The notes: generated by a model from the letters alone, not told the origin. Positions 11,505 to 26,054 are shown, numbered from the stretch's first letter. The stretch is 64,000 nucleotides of DNA from Octopus sinensis (GCF_006345805.1 NC_043012.1:55242001-55306000); one strand, 5' to 3'. Made by a program: numbers and translations.

Positions 11505-12975
11505 TAATCTACACTTACAGTTGTATCTTGGAGCTCCAAGTGTTTCCCTGTCTCTTTTGTTGATCAGGTATTTAATAGCAATCTCCTGTTTTTGGATTGC
11601 AGATGCATAGCCTTCGAAGTGTGATGTGATGTAACGGTCACGAGTCTAAGAGCGGCTTCATGTCAATGTTACTATCTTCTTCCAGTCTACGAGAAACATA
11701 TTCATGTATGTTTTTTTTTTTTTGGTACGCTGAGCATTTCACTTCCAGGTCTTCTTTGAGGTACGCCAGTCCAGCTGATTTGGGGTTGTATGGGAGGTCA
11801 TCAAGAAGAGAATATTTCCCGAGAAGCTCACTTCCAGCACAAAGGAACAAGTTGACGTAACTGAGGCCCATCTTTGTGCCCATGGCTTCACCAGTAGTTG
11901 GAGTCATTAAGGAAAGCGGAATAATTTCGATTGAAGACGTATTTAACAAGACGGAGAAATGTAGAGGGGCTGGTTCAAGTGTGAAGCAGCAAAGGGCTGG
12001 ATTAAGGCCCGTAAAAGCCCTAAACACTTCTCTTCACTTTTCAGCACTAAGTTAATATATTTATTTTTGCTGCTGTTATTTAGCAAGCGTTGCCTGAGAG
12101 AGACGATGCGACATTCGAATGCTGTCTGCTCTGATCTTAAGCTCCTATCACCTTTATCTCTTCTTAAGGAGAACCTGTCGATATCACTATTTTTGTGGAG
12201 ATTTCCAGTTAATGTCAGAATCTTGCAGGTTTTAATGTCTATAGAGTGGATTTCCTCTACAAACCGGCTAAATATCCCACATGTTGGAATCAGCACTGGT
12301 ACTGCAAATGCATTTTGGTATATTGTCTTGTTATAAGAGGAGAGTTCGATCTGCCGTATTCTTCTTAGTCTTGTGTTATATTCTCGGGCCACTCTATCTT
12401 TATTCACAATACCTTAGTATGATATATTTTCATCAATGCCAAGGTACTTATAGCATTCTTTGTGTGGGACAGGAGAAATAATGAGACCATCGGTGCACAG
12501 GTTTTGTGCTGGGCGACTAATTTTCCCCGTTCAAAACAATTAAATAAGAACTTTCCCTCTGGCCAAATTCCATTCCTATGTCAGCTGAAAATGTTATTAA
12601 TTCGAGTTGTTTTTTGGTATTGTTAACATTTTTAGCATAAACCTTAAGATCGTCCATAAAGAAATAATGGATTACATTAATATCTCTTGCAGTTTCAAAC
12701 CCTAGCATGTAACTATTTTTGTTGTTGTTGCAGGAATGACAATGGGTTTAACACAAAAATGAACAGAATATTCCCTTTGAAATATTTATGGCATTGGAGA
12801 CGATCGTTTCACTCTCTGTTCTAAGTGTGAGGATAGTGGCTCAGGTCTTTGTGAGTCTCTCAACAGCAGAAATGTAGGTAGCAGGTCCTTTTGCCATGAG
12901 TAGGGAAATAGAATCAAATGCCTTCCTATAATCAAGCCACGATGTTTTTTCTTTATCTCAGTTAGTACAGCTTTG
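11505..12975 (-). mobile_element. Degenerate R4/Dong-like non-LTR retrotransposon, RT to zinc-finger region
   Basis: Motifs in order: WLDYRKAFDS, HYFFMDDLKVYA, FSADIGMEFG, NKTIYQNAFAVPVL, ITSHFEGYASAIQKQEIAIKYL. Many stops and frameshifts. Confidence 0.85.
11837..12029 (-). repeat. Second copy of the 9961-10152 Penelope RT fragment, inserted in a REL LINE
   Basis: Same endpoints as 9961-10152 with only a handful of differences. It interrupts the LINE frame between LVLKSEE and AGSELLG. Confidence 0.85.
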
Positions 12976-13675
12976 TTTGTCAGTAGTTATTCGGCACATC
13001 TCCACACTCCCTTCTTTCCACTGGCTTGCTCATCAGTCACTATGTTGTTGCACTCTCAATGACCGTGGAGGAATTGAATGTATGTATGTATGTATGTCAG
13101 GTCACTTTCGAGTGCTACTGGTAACCTGTTGCATGGTCAGGTCGTTGGCGACTAAACCGGCAACCCCACCAAGCTCGCTTGGTGAGGAGGATGTTTATTG
13201 GACACCCTGCGGGATGAAAAACAAAACCCGTCAAAGGGCGGAGGAACTCTTGAGAGTCAACGGCCATCCAATAAATGTCTTAAGGCTGTATCATGCGCGG
13301 GGACATAGAAATAATCGGACTGAATACCCGATCGCGCGTTTAAACCATTGGGAGTGAAGGACTCCTAGCCTTTGTTAGGGCATCCTTGTAGGAGAAGGTA
13401 ACTCAGGTAACTGGGATAACTCCGACATAAATCCGACGGCTCAGTGGTTACCGATGATGTTGACTTGTTCTTCTTTTCGGATTATGGCTGCTGTTGCTTA
13501 GTGAGTGGGATTGACTCAGTGCACAACCTTTCCTCACTTTAAAAAAAATCTTCTTGCACAGGCATTGCACGATAACAACATTGATTAAGCTTCGTGCAAT
13601 GGCCATACTCGATAACGAGGGGTCAGCCACCATGTATGTATGTATGTATGTATGTATGTATGTATGTATGTATGT

Positions 13676-13786
13676 ATGTTCAGCTTTATTTCAAGATTTC
13701 TTGCCAACAGAGAAAGACCTGGTTTCTAACCTAGATTCAAGGCTTCTTCATTGGAATTTCAACATCAACAACAAAGTATTTTCGTT
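13676..13786 (+). repeat. ~100-bp element embedded in (ATGT)n. Inverted copy at about 22830-22922
   Basis: TTTATTTCAAGATTTCTTGCCAA...GGTTTCTAA...CAAGGCT(T/C)CTTCATTGGAA(T/A)TTCAAC is shared by both loci. Both are flanked on each side by ATGT arrays. Confidence 0.75.
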
Positions 13787-15481
13787 TGTATGTATGTATG
13801 TATGTATGTATGTATGTATGCATGCATTCATGTATTTATATATGCACGTGTGTATGTATTTGTGTTTGCGTCTGTCCCTTCACCACAGTTTGACAACCAG
13901 TGTTGTTATTCTTTTACCCTTTTACTTGTTTCAATCATTTGACTGTAGCCATGCTGGAGCACCGCCTTATAATATGCTTACGTTCCTGTAACGCAGCGGT
14001 TTGGCCAAAGAAACCGATAGAATAATTACCAGACTTGAAACATAAATACTGAGGGAGATTTCAGTGATGTCAGAACGATGGATAAAATGCGTCGCAGTAG
14101 TTTTCCCGACTCTCTGAAATCCATGATCATATCTCACTGAGGTCAACTCCGACATTTATTCTTTCGGGGTCGACGAAAACATACCAATTTAGGGCTTTGG
14201 ACAATGGGAATGTTAAAAGTTTGGAAAGATGCCTTTGATATTTGTTCCGGCTCTTGGCGTTCTGACTGCAATACTCGCTATGACACAGGTGCAAAGTTGT
14301 ATCGGTCCAAGGCGGTGGTCTTTCCCTTGGATAAACTCCAGTGGTACGGAGAAGGGAGATTTAAATGCAAAGTATAACTGCAGGCCTTCTTCAAAATGTC
14401 TTGCCCATCTCTGCGCAAAAAACGTGGTAACGCATAGTCAACCTTAAGTGACGTTGGTCTCCTACACCGAAGTCGAGCCAGAAATATCTATTTCTCAGTA
14501 GACGATGTCTTACAAGATGTCTGAAAAAATGAGAACTCAAGTGGATGAATCTATAGAGATAAAAGACAGCCAGATTTGTCTGTCATCTGTTAAACGCTTT
14601 TAAGAATTGGCGATACGCATCCATAAACCTTAATGGATCTCTGGATCATACTGGTAAACTTCGTCTTTAATCAATATTATTAAAATATTTGTTAGTGTTG
14701 TTCAATACTAGTCTTGAAGGTGTTTTTATGTAGCTTAGTCAGAGAAGGACGAACAGTGTCCATGGCCTTCTTAACTTACGAAGATTGGGAAGAGGAAGAT
14801 ATTAGAGACTTGATTTTAATGTTTGTAATTAGAGCCACCTATTCAGTTTGTGGTGTCCTAAAAACAAATAGTGCATAATGCTAAGTCTAATACTCTAGAA
14901 CATATACGACCTATCAAACTAGCTTCAGCACATTTTGTCCTCGACCTAATTTCACTCTCAATGCATGGATCAATCCGCGATAATAATTGAAGACACTTAC
15001 CCAAGGTGTCGTGCAAAGGAATCGAACTTGGAATCACATGATTGTAGAGCAATTTTACTAACCACACGGCTATGCCTGCATTTTCTGAAGTAGATTCCAT
15101 TAAGCGCTCAAGCAATTATCCCAATTGATTTTATATTTGTTCTGAATATTAATTTCATTTTTAACGATGCAATTTATTTTCGGTTTAAAATTTCAAATTT
15201 AATAAAACCAACTGACATGTTTATAAAACATTCAAATTGTGTAGGAGGTTCTTAAATGGGAATAAAGAAGGGCTTTAATGAAATTGAGATGTCTAAATGT
15301 GACAGAGGAATCTGAAATTGAAATCACTCTCCAGTAGAAATTGAATTTCAAGGATTCTTCTTCTTCTTCTTCTTCTTCTTCTTCTTCTTCTTCTTCTTCT
15401 TCTTCTTCTTCTACTTCTTCCCCTCCTCTCCTCCTCCTCCTCCTCCTCCTCTACTTCTTCTTCTTCCCCTCCTCCTCCTCC

Positions 15482-15512
<31 letters not shown>

Positions 15513-15585
15513 CTTCTTCTTGTGTTGTCCATAATGCTTTTTATGTCAAACCTTAGTGGTTAATAAAAAATCATCATCATCATCA

Positions 15586-15659
<74 letters not shown>

Positions 15660-15928
15660 GTTGTTGTTGTTGTTGTTGTTGTTGTTATTATTAAGGCGGT
15701 GAGCTGGCAGAATCGTTAACATGCCAGGCAAAATGCTTAGCGGTATTTCGTCTGCCGTTACGTTCTGAGTTCAAATTCCGCTGGAGTCGACTTTGCCTTT
15801 CATCCTTTCGGGGTCCGATTAAATAAGTACCAGTTACGCACTGGGGTCGATGTAATCAACTTAATCCCTCTCCTTAAATTAGAGACCTTGTGCTTCCAGT
15901 AGAAAGGATTATTATTATTATTATTATT

Positions 15929-16388
15929 CAGTAGTTTTATTTTTATAGCGTGCTTTCACTTCACTACCGAGCGCAGCTCTGTGTGCCTTGGGTATGTGCT
16001 GTGATTTGTTGTGATGCTCTGATGGTTATTGTATGGAAAGTGTTCTGCGTAGGATGTGTGCAGTGCCTAGTAGTGCAATTTTCTATGTATATGTGTTTGT
16101 AAGTCCTGGTGTTTTGTTATGTATTTGTCTGAATATTTTTTTATCATGCCTAATGCACCTACTATGATAGGAATTGTTTCTGTTTTCAGGTTCCACATTC
16201 TAGTTACCTCTATTTCCAGGTCTTTGTATTTTGAGAGTTTCTCCATTTCTTTTAGAGACACGTTGTCATCTGCCGGTATTGATACATCAATTAGAAAGCA
16301 TTTTTTTTCTTCATGATCTCTGACAACTATATCTGGTCTGTTGGCCTTAATTTCTCTATCTGTGTGTATCGGCATATCCCAGAGTATG

Positions 16389-16389
<1 letters not shown>
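15929..16389 (-). mobile_element. 5'-truncated Dong/R4-like LINE 3' end with REL endonuclease domain
   Basis: ILWDMPIHTDREIKANRPDIVV...IDVSIP...EKLSKYKDL is a PD-(D/E)xK REL domain. It ends AAAACTACTG followed by (AAT)n, identical to the copy ending at 38742. Confidence 0.92.
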
Positions 16390-16450
<61 letters not shown>

Positions 16451-16466
16451 CATCATCATCATTATT

Positions 16467-17044
16467 GAGTGAGAGAGAGTTCATGCCATCAAAGTGACAC
16501 TGGGGTAAAATATACGAAGCCCAGTATACCCATCATGACTACCCGTCTGATAAGGGTACACCAGGCACATGCATCACAACCATCTGTGCACGACATGGTG
16601 ATATATCAAGACAAACAGCGCATGACCATGCAGGTGGGGCCCAGTTAGAATTTTCTTCTGGTCGAGTAACCCATTCCGCTCAAAAGGTTGAATAAGGGTT
16701 GTTTAAAGATGTTGAACGAAACATCCATGTTTCCAGAGGTGAATTGTTCAAACCCCAAAGAATTCCTCTCAACACATGGCTATGATGCTCCCCCACTACT
16801 TCTGCTCGTGATCTGAGATGCACATATCGTCAGCAACTAAGGGACATGGTCAACTGGTTAAGGTCAAACAACTGACAAGCAAATCTGTGGTATTGAGCAG
16901 AATATTTGCTGTAGCCCATCTTTTATACCAAGACAAAACAATGTACATGATAACACTTCCAATCAGTTTAGATCAGAAGCCACGAGAGCCACTGCCTAGT
17001 ACTGCATCAGGGCATAGCCACTGCCTGGTACTGCATCAGGGCAT
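16467..17044 (-). mobile_element. ~560-bp (AAT)n-embedded element, copy A, with a 29-nt tandem duplication at its 5' end (16987-17044)
   Basis: Closely similar to 26546-27100, 37048-37603 and 38900-39457, with shared termini. Confidence 0.9.
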
Positions 17045-17068
17045 TTATTATTATTATTATTATTATTA

Positions 17069-17105
<37 letters not shown>

Positions 17106-17218
17106 CATCATTATTATTATTATTATTATTATATTATATTATTATATCATCATTATTATTATTATTATTATTATTTTATATTATTATTATTATTTATTAT
17201 TATATTATTATATTATTA

Positions 17219-17249
<31 letters not shown>

Positions 17250-17894
17250 TAATTGAATTTCGGATTTCAGTTACAGTTATAAATGTCAAACTGTAATGCC
17301 AAAACATCAGCGCTGAATCGGTAGAGTGGTCAAATAGAATGCCTTGTGATATTTGTTTTGGTTCACTGTGATCTGAATTGAAATCCTTACTCTTAGGTCA
17401 ACTTTGTCAATCATCCGTTTGGGGTCGATAAATAAAGTATCAGTCCCACGTGATGAACTGCGTAGGTTGTTAAAGCACATAGGAGCAATTTTGAGGGAAG
17501 AGGAAAAGGGATGTAATCGATTACACCGACCCTAGTATTCGACTGGTACTTCATTTTATCGACCGCGAAAAGATGAAAGGCAAACACCTCGGCAGAATTT
17601 GAACTCCGAACGTGAAATGCCGGAAGAAATGCCGCTGAGCATTTTGTCCGACTCGCTAACGATTCTGCTCACTCGCCGCCTCATAACACAAATTTAATTA
17701 ATAAACAGGCGTGGCTAAGTGGTAAAAAGTTTGCTTCCCGACCACAAAGTTACGAGATCGAATCAATTGCGAGGCATCTTGAGCAAATGTCTTTTACCAT
17801 ATCTCCAGTCCGGCTGACCGATGCCTTGTGAGTGGATTTGGTAGACAGAAACTGAAAGAAGCCCCATCGTATTTCACACACACACACGCGCGTG

Positions 17895-17934
<40 letters not shown>

Positions 17935-18939
17935 TACACACACACACACGCGCGTGTACTCACACACACACACACACTCACACGTGGATACACACACACA
18001 TATACACACACACACACACACTCACACGTGGATACACACACACACACACACACACACTCACACGTGGATACACACACACACGCACGCGCACACACACACA
18101 TACATACATACATACATACATGCATACATATATACATATAAGTGTGTGTGTGTGTCTGTGTTTGTGTTTGTCTTTTACCACTGTATGACAATCGGTACTA
18201 GTTTGTTTACGTCCCCGTAACTTAGCGACACAGCAAAAAAAACAAAACAAAACAATAGAGTAAGCACCATGTTTTAAAAGAAAATAAGGACTGGGGTTGA
18301 TTAATCGTAGGCGGTGCTCCAGCATAGCCGTAGTCCAATGACTGAAGCTAGTAAAAGATAAACATGGTTTTCTATATTTTTGTTCTTGACCATACACTTT
18401 TAAAACGGTTTATTTTTTCAGACCTTTCATGTAAAGTGTCCGGTTACTCGTAAGGTTTTTCATGAGCGCTGCTGATAACATGGAATCCAGTACAACCCGT
18501 CTCGTTTCATGTTACACCCGGTCTAGGTTTACGTGGTGAGGAGGGTGGCTAGAAATCCAGCAGGATTAGAAACAAGGAGTGTCAAAAAGACGGATGAACC
18601 TAGTGTAGGCTCAGCAACAGCATGAGCCCTCGGAAATTCCGGGTTAGTGTCCGGCATGCTGGAAGAATACTGGGAATGAAGTACCATTCAGCTTTTACTC
18701 TTACTCTTTTACTCTTTTACTTGTTTCAGTCATTTGACTGTGGCCATGCTGGAGCATCGCCTTTAGTCGAGCAAATCTACCCCGGGACTTATTCTTTGTA
18801 AGCCTAGTACTTATTCTATCGGTCACTTTCACCGAAACTCTAAGTTACGGGTACATAAACACACCACCATCGGTTGTCAAGCGATGTTGGGGAGACAAAC
18901 ACAGACACACAAACATATACACACGCACATACATGTATG

Positions 18940-19016
<77 letters not shown>

Positions 19017-19200
19017 GTATGTATATATACGACGGACGTCTTTCAGTTTCCGTCTACCAAATCCACTCACAAGGCTTTGGTCGGCCCGAGGCTATAGTAG
19101 AAGACACTTGCCCAAGGTTCCACACAGTGGGACTGAACCCGGAATCATGAGGTTCGTAAGCAAGCTACTTACCACACAGCCACTCCTATGCCTATCCTTT

Positions 19201-19870
19201 TGTTAAAGAATATCTCTAGAACCCATTTCAAACTCAGGCTACGTCTGCTCCGATAACCGGGGTTAACTTGGTCAGTGAATCCTCTGCGATGGTCGTCAAT
19301 CGACGGCAAAATGAACTGCTACAGAGGACACTATTCCAAAGCGTCTATGCATGTGACCGGGGACCACACGTAAATGTATAGTCCCACTGAAACTCCGAAC
19401 ATGACCTGTAGGAAGCTGGAACCGGCTCGGCTCACCCTGGCTGAATGCAGCTCCGCAAACACAAGTACATGTAAAGTGTGTAGTGACGCCAGGTCCCAGA
19501 CGCCATTTTGGGATTTTCATCTGCGCATGCACAAGTATCAGTCTTCCGGAATGCCCGCCGGAAGTCCCTCATGCGCATGTGCAGTCATCAGCAGAAGCTA
19601 GGCTTGACCGCTATGCTCTATCTTCGGCCCCCTGCTTCTGACCAGACAGGACGCGACTGAGACCAGCTCCGTGGAGCTGGCATTCTGATGCGAGCGACGT
19701 TGCGAGTCTGTGAAAATGCCTTCGTATTTTGTGTCTAACTACTAACCCTGCTGCTTCCGGCCCGCCGTCCAGGCAACCGATGTCCAGAGATGAAAATGTT
19801 TATTTCGGCGAAATAAATTATTATTGTTATTTGTTCGGGGATTCTTGTTCCCGCTATTTTCCTTTCTACA
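19201..19870 (+). mobile_element. CpG-rich, solo-LTR-like segment; alternatively a promoter island
   Basis: Starts TGT, ends ACA, and has AATAAA about 50 nt before the end. GC content is well above the flanks. No matching TSD (CCTTT left, ACTAT right). Confidence 0.4.
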
Positions 19871-21429
19871 ACTATGTAAGGAAATGTGAGGCACCCAACA
19901 AGTGCCAACATCAATCACATCCTACAAGTGTCTTTTTTTGGTCTCCAGCGTCCCACAATCAAAATGTTAAAAAAGCTCCTGCCATAAGTAATAATTCGTT
20001 TAGCATATGACCAAATCCAGCACTAATCTGAGTTATGGTACATGCCATAAGATTGACGGTAATTTTTTCCCCTTTTTCTTTGTGCTGGAAAGTATATAGT
20101 TGATCAGATTGATTGAAAGAAACTTTTATCGATATCAGTACTCTGTTTCGCGTATGACTCCATTTAACTTTTAGCCGGACGTTGATGAATGTAATTCTCT
20201 GTAATTCGAAGCTTAAATACAATAATAAGGTATTTTGTTCGACGCATCGATTTTGTACCCCCGCCTCTTCATACACCAAGTTACCACACAGTTTCTACCA
20301 GCTAAATTCGACTCGTCATAAGGCACTAGTCAACTCAAAATCTATGTTAGAAAACGCTTGCTCAATGAACCTTGCAATTCCATCGAACACCAGAATCACT
20401 ATCGATATCGGGAGAATATAAGACAACGTCGATTCCAATGGAATCGGCATTTATAGCGTCAGGCATTAAGTCTGAGAACCTTCAGATTGCATTGCTCCAC
20501 CACAACTACTACCACCACAACCATACGCTTACATCATTAATAAATAGTATAGCAAATGCATGATTACACTTTCCTTGTTCGAAGATCCTTTTGCACGCAA
20601 TAGTTTTCATCACCGCCCGTGTACTTAGTGGAACTCTCGTGATTTAAAAGAAATTATATTAAACGTTGATTTGACTCAATGCTGCTATTATCGCATTCCG
20701 TGCAGTTTCGAATATTTTCACGATATTCCACCGTTCAGAGATGGATATTCATCCTGATTAATTCATTCTTGTGCCTGAGAATAATGATATTATCGAAGTG
20801 AAATTCGTTTGTTTGTTCGAAGGAGAACAGAACAGAACAGAACATGAGTACAAGCATGGCTTTATGCGATTAAAAGGTTCAAGTGTTTTCGTGTTCAATC
20901 CCACCACATGGTTCATTGAGCAAATTTCTCTTAGCATAGCCTCAGGTTGGCCAATGCACTGTGAGCGAAAATTGGTTGGTAATAAAATTGTGTGGAAATT
21001 CGTTGTATGTGTGTCAGTGTAAAATCGATGCAACGAACAAAATAGTTTATGGTGTTTAAGCATTCAGTTATGAACAGTTACGTCCCCTTACTACCAGCCA
21101 AAAGCTAAACACAGTCTTAAGATGGACAGAGATAAACTAGGTACCTGAGTAAAGTATTGAAGAGAGGTGCCCCAGAATGGCCTCAGTCTAATGACTGAAT
21201 CCTGTAAAAGAATCTGTATGTATGTATGTATGTATGTATGTATGTATGTATGTATGTATGTATGTATGTATGTCTTGCTTTTTATTTGTCATTTGGTAGG
21301 CTGTCCAGAAATCTCCTCCTTATCAAACAGGCTTGATGGGGTTACCAGTTTCGACACCGATGACCCACTCATGCAAAAGGTTGTGTTAGATTATTTGTTA
21401 GCAGTTGCACTCAAGAGTGATTTGATACA

Positions 21430-21900
21430 TACATGTAAGCATACATACAGAGGGACAAAGGCATGTACCATCGTAGAGGTCAGCTGCCCTGCAGATATAG
21501 ATATCTTTTTGAAAATCAAAGAAAAAGAGGATATCTATAGACAACTGCTTCGAAACCTCCAGTTTCTTATTTCTTTACTACGCACAGAGAGGACAAACAA
21601 GGACAGACAAACGGATTAAGTCGATTATATCGACCCCAGTGCGTAACAGGTACTTAATTTATCTACCCCCAAAGGATGAAAGGCAAAGTCGACCTCGGCG
21701 GAATTTGAACTCAGAACGTAGCGGCAGACGAAATACTGCTAAGCATTTCGCCCGGCATGCTAACGTTTCTGCCAGCTCGCCGCCTTCGAAACCTCCAGTT
21801 TCTATATCCAGACTAGGAATTCATATTCATACCAACAATAATTGGAGCACAAGGTTTTGTTAATAAATGCTTAAAGGAGAATCTAGATAAACTGAGATTT
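21430..21900 (+). pseudogene. REL LINE 3' end of a second family, split by a SINE
   Basis: IVEVSCPADIDIFLKIKEKEDIYRQLLRNLQF, then the SINE, then LYPD*EFIFIPTIIGAQGFV. The frame rejoins across the insertion. Confidence 0.75.
21568..21783 (-). mobile_element. Full-length S1 SINE with long target-site duplication
   Basis: CTTCGAAACCTCCAGTTTCT at 21548-21567 and 21784-21803. The first 3 nt could also belong to the SINE head. Confidence 0.9.
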
Positions 21901-23002
21901 TCAGAAAGAGTGACTGACTGGCTGATTTGTACATTACAAGTGCAATCTGTGAGTGGAATATGCAGTAAAAATATGCAAGTTCCAAATATGAATTTGTCTG
22001 TGCTCACTACATCCCAAAGATGGAACCTTGTATCTTTGTTGGAAAGCGGCTTCCTCCTCACTGGAAGATTTATGATAATTAAAAAATGGAAGAGACATAC
22101 ATACATACATACATACATACATACATACATACATACATACATACATGCATACATACATACATACATACATACATACATACATACATACATACATACATAC
22201 ATGATGATTGCTTTATCAGATGTCAGCTTCTGATTTACTCTCATTCCTGCGTGTGCGCTGATATGTCTTTCGTCGTTACGCATCAAACGCCATAAGACTT
22301 TATAAAATACAAAATGGCCGACTAAATGAAATGATAGCGTGATAGCTGTACGTCGTTGGGTTTCAGTGACAAAAGCTTGTACAATACTTTTGCCGCCCTC
22401 TCGGTTACCATCGTAGGTTCCAATGACAAGCATTGCAAGATGATAACAAGTTTTATGTCAGAGTAACTTCTAGAATAGTTGCCTTCCCAATGGCTTTGTT
22501 AAAAATAACAGGAGCCTCCTCTACCTCTGGCAAATCTATTTGATTCAAAGATGTGACCCTGACTGGTCAGAACGAACCTGGGAGTAATGGTAATTAAAAG
22601 GTGACTCCACACTCCCCACAACACTAGAACTCTCGAACTGGAGCCTCACTGTCGGAAGCAATTTAATGTCATACCCAGGATATACATGCATGCTTAATTA
22701 CATACATACACATATACACACACACATACATACATACATACATACATACATACATACATACATACATACATAGGTACGTACATGTGTACATACATACATA
22801 CATACATACATACATACATACATACATACCCTGTTGTTGAATTTCCAATGAAGGAGCCTTGGATCCAGTTTAGAAACCGGCTTTCTCTCTATTGGCAAGA
22901 AATCTTGAAATAAACTGAATAATGACATGCATCCATACATACGAACGTACGTGCATGCATGCATGCATGCATACATACACACATACATACATATATACAT
23001 AC

Positions 23003-23102
23003 NNNNNNNNNNNNNNNNNNNNNNNNNNNNNNNNNNNNNNNNNNNNNNNNNNNNNNNNNNNNNNNNNNNNNNNNNNNNNNNNNNNNNNNNNNNNNNNNNN
23101 NN
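23003..23102. other. Assembly gap (100 N)
   Basis: Run of exactly 100 N next to ATAC/AT microsatellites. Confidence 1.
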
Positions 23103-23314
23103 CTGCATGATCATCCTGCTTCTGCTCGGGTGTGAGCCTAATTATGTATTGTAGTTTTTACCTGAAACCATTTGTTAAGATCAGCCGTGATGAATATTCA
23201 ATACTATACATTTCGAATAATATACCCACTCTGTTGACAGATCTACGAGTAGATCTTTTCTCAGAGTTATGGTCTCTTAGATAACTCACGCACTTGTATA
23301 TATATATATATACA

Positions 23315-23364
<50 letters not shown>

Positions 23365-23383
23365 AACAGACAGACAGACAGAC

Positions 23384-23474
<91 letters not shown>

Positions 23475-23538
23475 TAAATAGACAGACAGACAGGTATGTC
23501 GATAGATAGATAGAATGACAGACAGACAGATAGACAGG

Positions 23539-23606
<68 letters not shown>

Positions 23607-23699
23607 CAGAGGGGGAAATGGATATCTAGATAGATAAAAAGAGGAAGAGAGCGAAGCAGAGATAAGTAGATAGATAGACAGACAGACAGGCAAGCAGGC

Positions 23700-23732
<33 letters not shown>

Positions 23733-23785
23733 TACATACAGACAGATAGATAGATAGATAGACAGATAGATAGATAGATAGATAG

Positions 23786-23822
<37 letters not shown>

Positions 23823-24912
23823 GGAGAGGGAGAGGAAGAAGGACAGCGCGCGAAAGAAACGAGAGCTTAGCGTATCATAGACGTATTCGCTTTTGCGAAC
23901 TTTCTTTTCCTACGGCAGGATTAAGGAATCTTTGGTGTTAATCTACAACCCCTAGATACATGATGCTATGCAATGTACCTGGGCATTATAGGTTTAAGAT
24001 ATGGTCAATAAGAATATATAGATATGTATATTGGCAGTCAATCCCAGTAAGGCGACAAGCAACCAACAATAAAATATACAACAAACAAGACTTGAATCGG
24101 TCGGGAGTAAGAAGAAGAAAAGAGAAATGTAATGAGATGTTACCTTGAAAACTATAAAGCAATCGATTTATACCATGCTTAATGGCGTGTAAGACGCACA
24201 GACATATAAACTGCACCTAATTTCAGCAGCACACAGGTACTCCGTCGGTTGCGACGACGAGTGTTCCAGTCGATACGATCAACGGAACAGCCTGCTCGTG
24301 AAGTTAACGTGCAAGTGGCTGAGCAGTCCACAGACACGTGTACCCTTAATGTATTTTTCAGGGAGATTCAGTGTGACACAAAATGTGATAAGGCCGGCCC
24401 TTTGAATTACAGACAATTCATTTTTGCCAGCTGGGTGGACTGAAGCAACGTGAAATAAAGTGTCATGCGCAAGGACTCAACAGAAATCGAACTCATGGCC
24501 TCATGATCGTGTGCTGAATATCCAAACCACTAAAGACTCATATTCAGTGCATATTCAGTAAATAAAGTTTTTAGTGCGTTAAAGCTCGCGTATCAAAAAA
24601 ATCAACTGAGGTGACTTTTTGAGACATGCATCCTATACTCTTTACTCTCTCTTTTACTCTTTTACTTGTTTCAGTCATTTGACTGTGGTCATGCTGGAGC
24701 ACCGCCTTTAGTCGAGCAAATGGACCCCAGGACTTATTCTTTGTAAGCCTAGTACTTATTGTATCGATCGCTTTTGCCGAACCGCTAGGTTACGGGGACG
24801 TAAGCACACCAGCATCGGTTGTCAAGCGATGTTGGGGGGACAAACACAGACACACAAACATGTACACATACATACATACATACAAACATACATACAAACA
24901 TACATACACACA

Positions 24913-24955
<43 letters not shown>

Positions 24956-25045
24956 ATAGCGAGAAGTTGAGGTTATAAGAGATAATGATGTCATTGAGAC
25001 CCAAAGGTGTAAGGTAATGCTGAATAAGTGATGTGTATGTGTGTG

Positions 25046-25133
<88 letters not shown>

Positions 25134-25785
25134 TAATTATATATATATAATATATACATATATACATATATATATATACGACGGGCTTGTTTTTCAGTGT
25201 CCGACTACCAAATCCACTTACAAGGCTTTGGTCGGCCCGAAGCTATAGTAGAAGATACTTGCCCAGGGTGCCACGCAGTGGGACTGAACCCGGAAACATG
25301 TGGTTCGTAAGCAAGCTACTTACCACACAGCCACTCCTATCGCCTATACGGTAATCTAAGAGTTAAGATTAAATCAATCATGGAAAGACGACGAAGGAAG
25401 AGATTTCCACACGACAGATGTTTAAAGAAAGAAACCATCAGAGATGAAACACTTCTTACAAAAGAGGGAAAACAACAGTGAAAGAACGAGAACTAACAGA
25501 GAAAGATGTATCACTCGGTTAGTAAACTTTAATAGGAAGAACAAGAGAGGGAAAGATGTGTAAAACAACGATCAGGAAGAACAAAACAAAAGAAGAACAA
25601 AGGAGTTACTAGGGAATATATTAACGATTATAGCATAACAGACAAAACAAATATAGATGCTGAATAATGGCAAAATAATTAATGGCATAGATTTCGATCA
25701 CACTCTTTATTATAAGGTGATCAATAACAGCGGGATATTTATTCTACTAAATAATTTATTAATGATCACATCCTTTATTAAGATC

Positions 25786-25856
<71 letters not shown>

Positions 25857-26054
25857 GGAACTTATGTTCGTGATTAATATTAAAGACATACACTCCGCAA
25901 AACATATCTTATTATTTATATTCACAAGAGCAATTGTTATCATCATTGGTGTGTCGTTGTTATTATTGTTATTATTATTGTTGACTTGTGAATTTATGTC
26001 GAACATCTGTTTGTCGTGTGTTGGGACGGATCCGGTTATCAGTTGAGTCTATTG

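Noticed and set aside
13095-13630. GC-richer 530-bp block between ATGT arrays, vaguely like an RTE 5' region
   Set aside because: Single copy in the window with no diagnostic motif I can verify; left unclassified.
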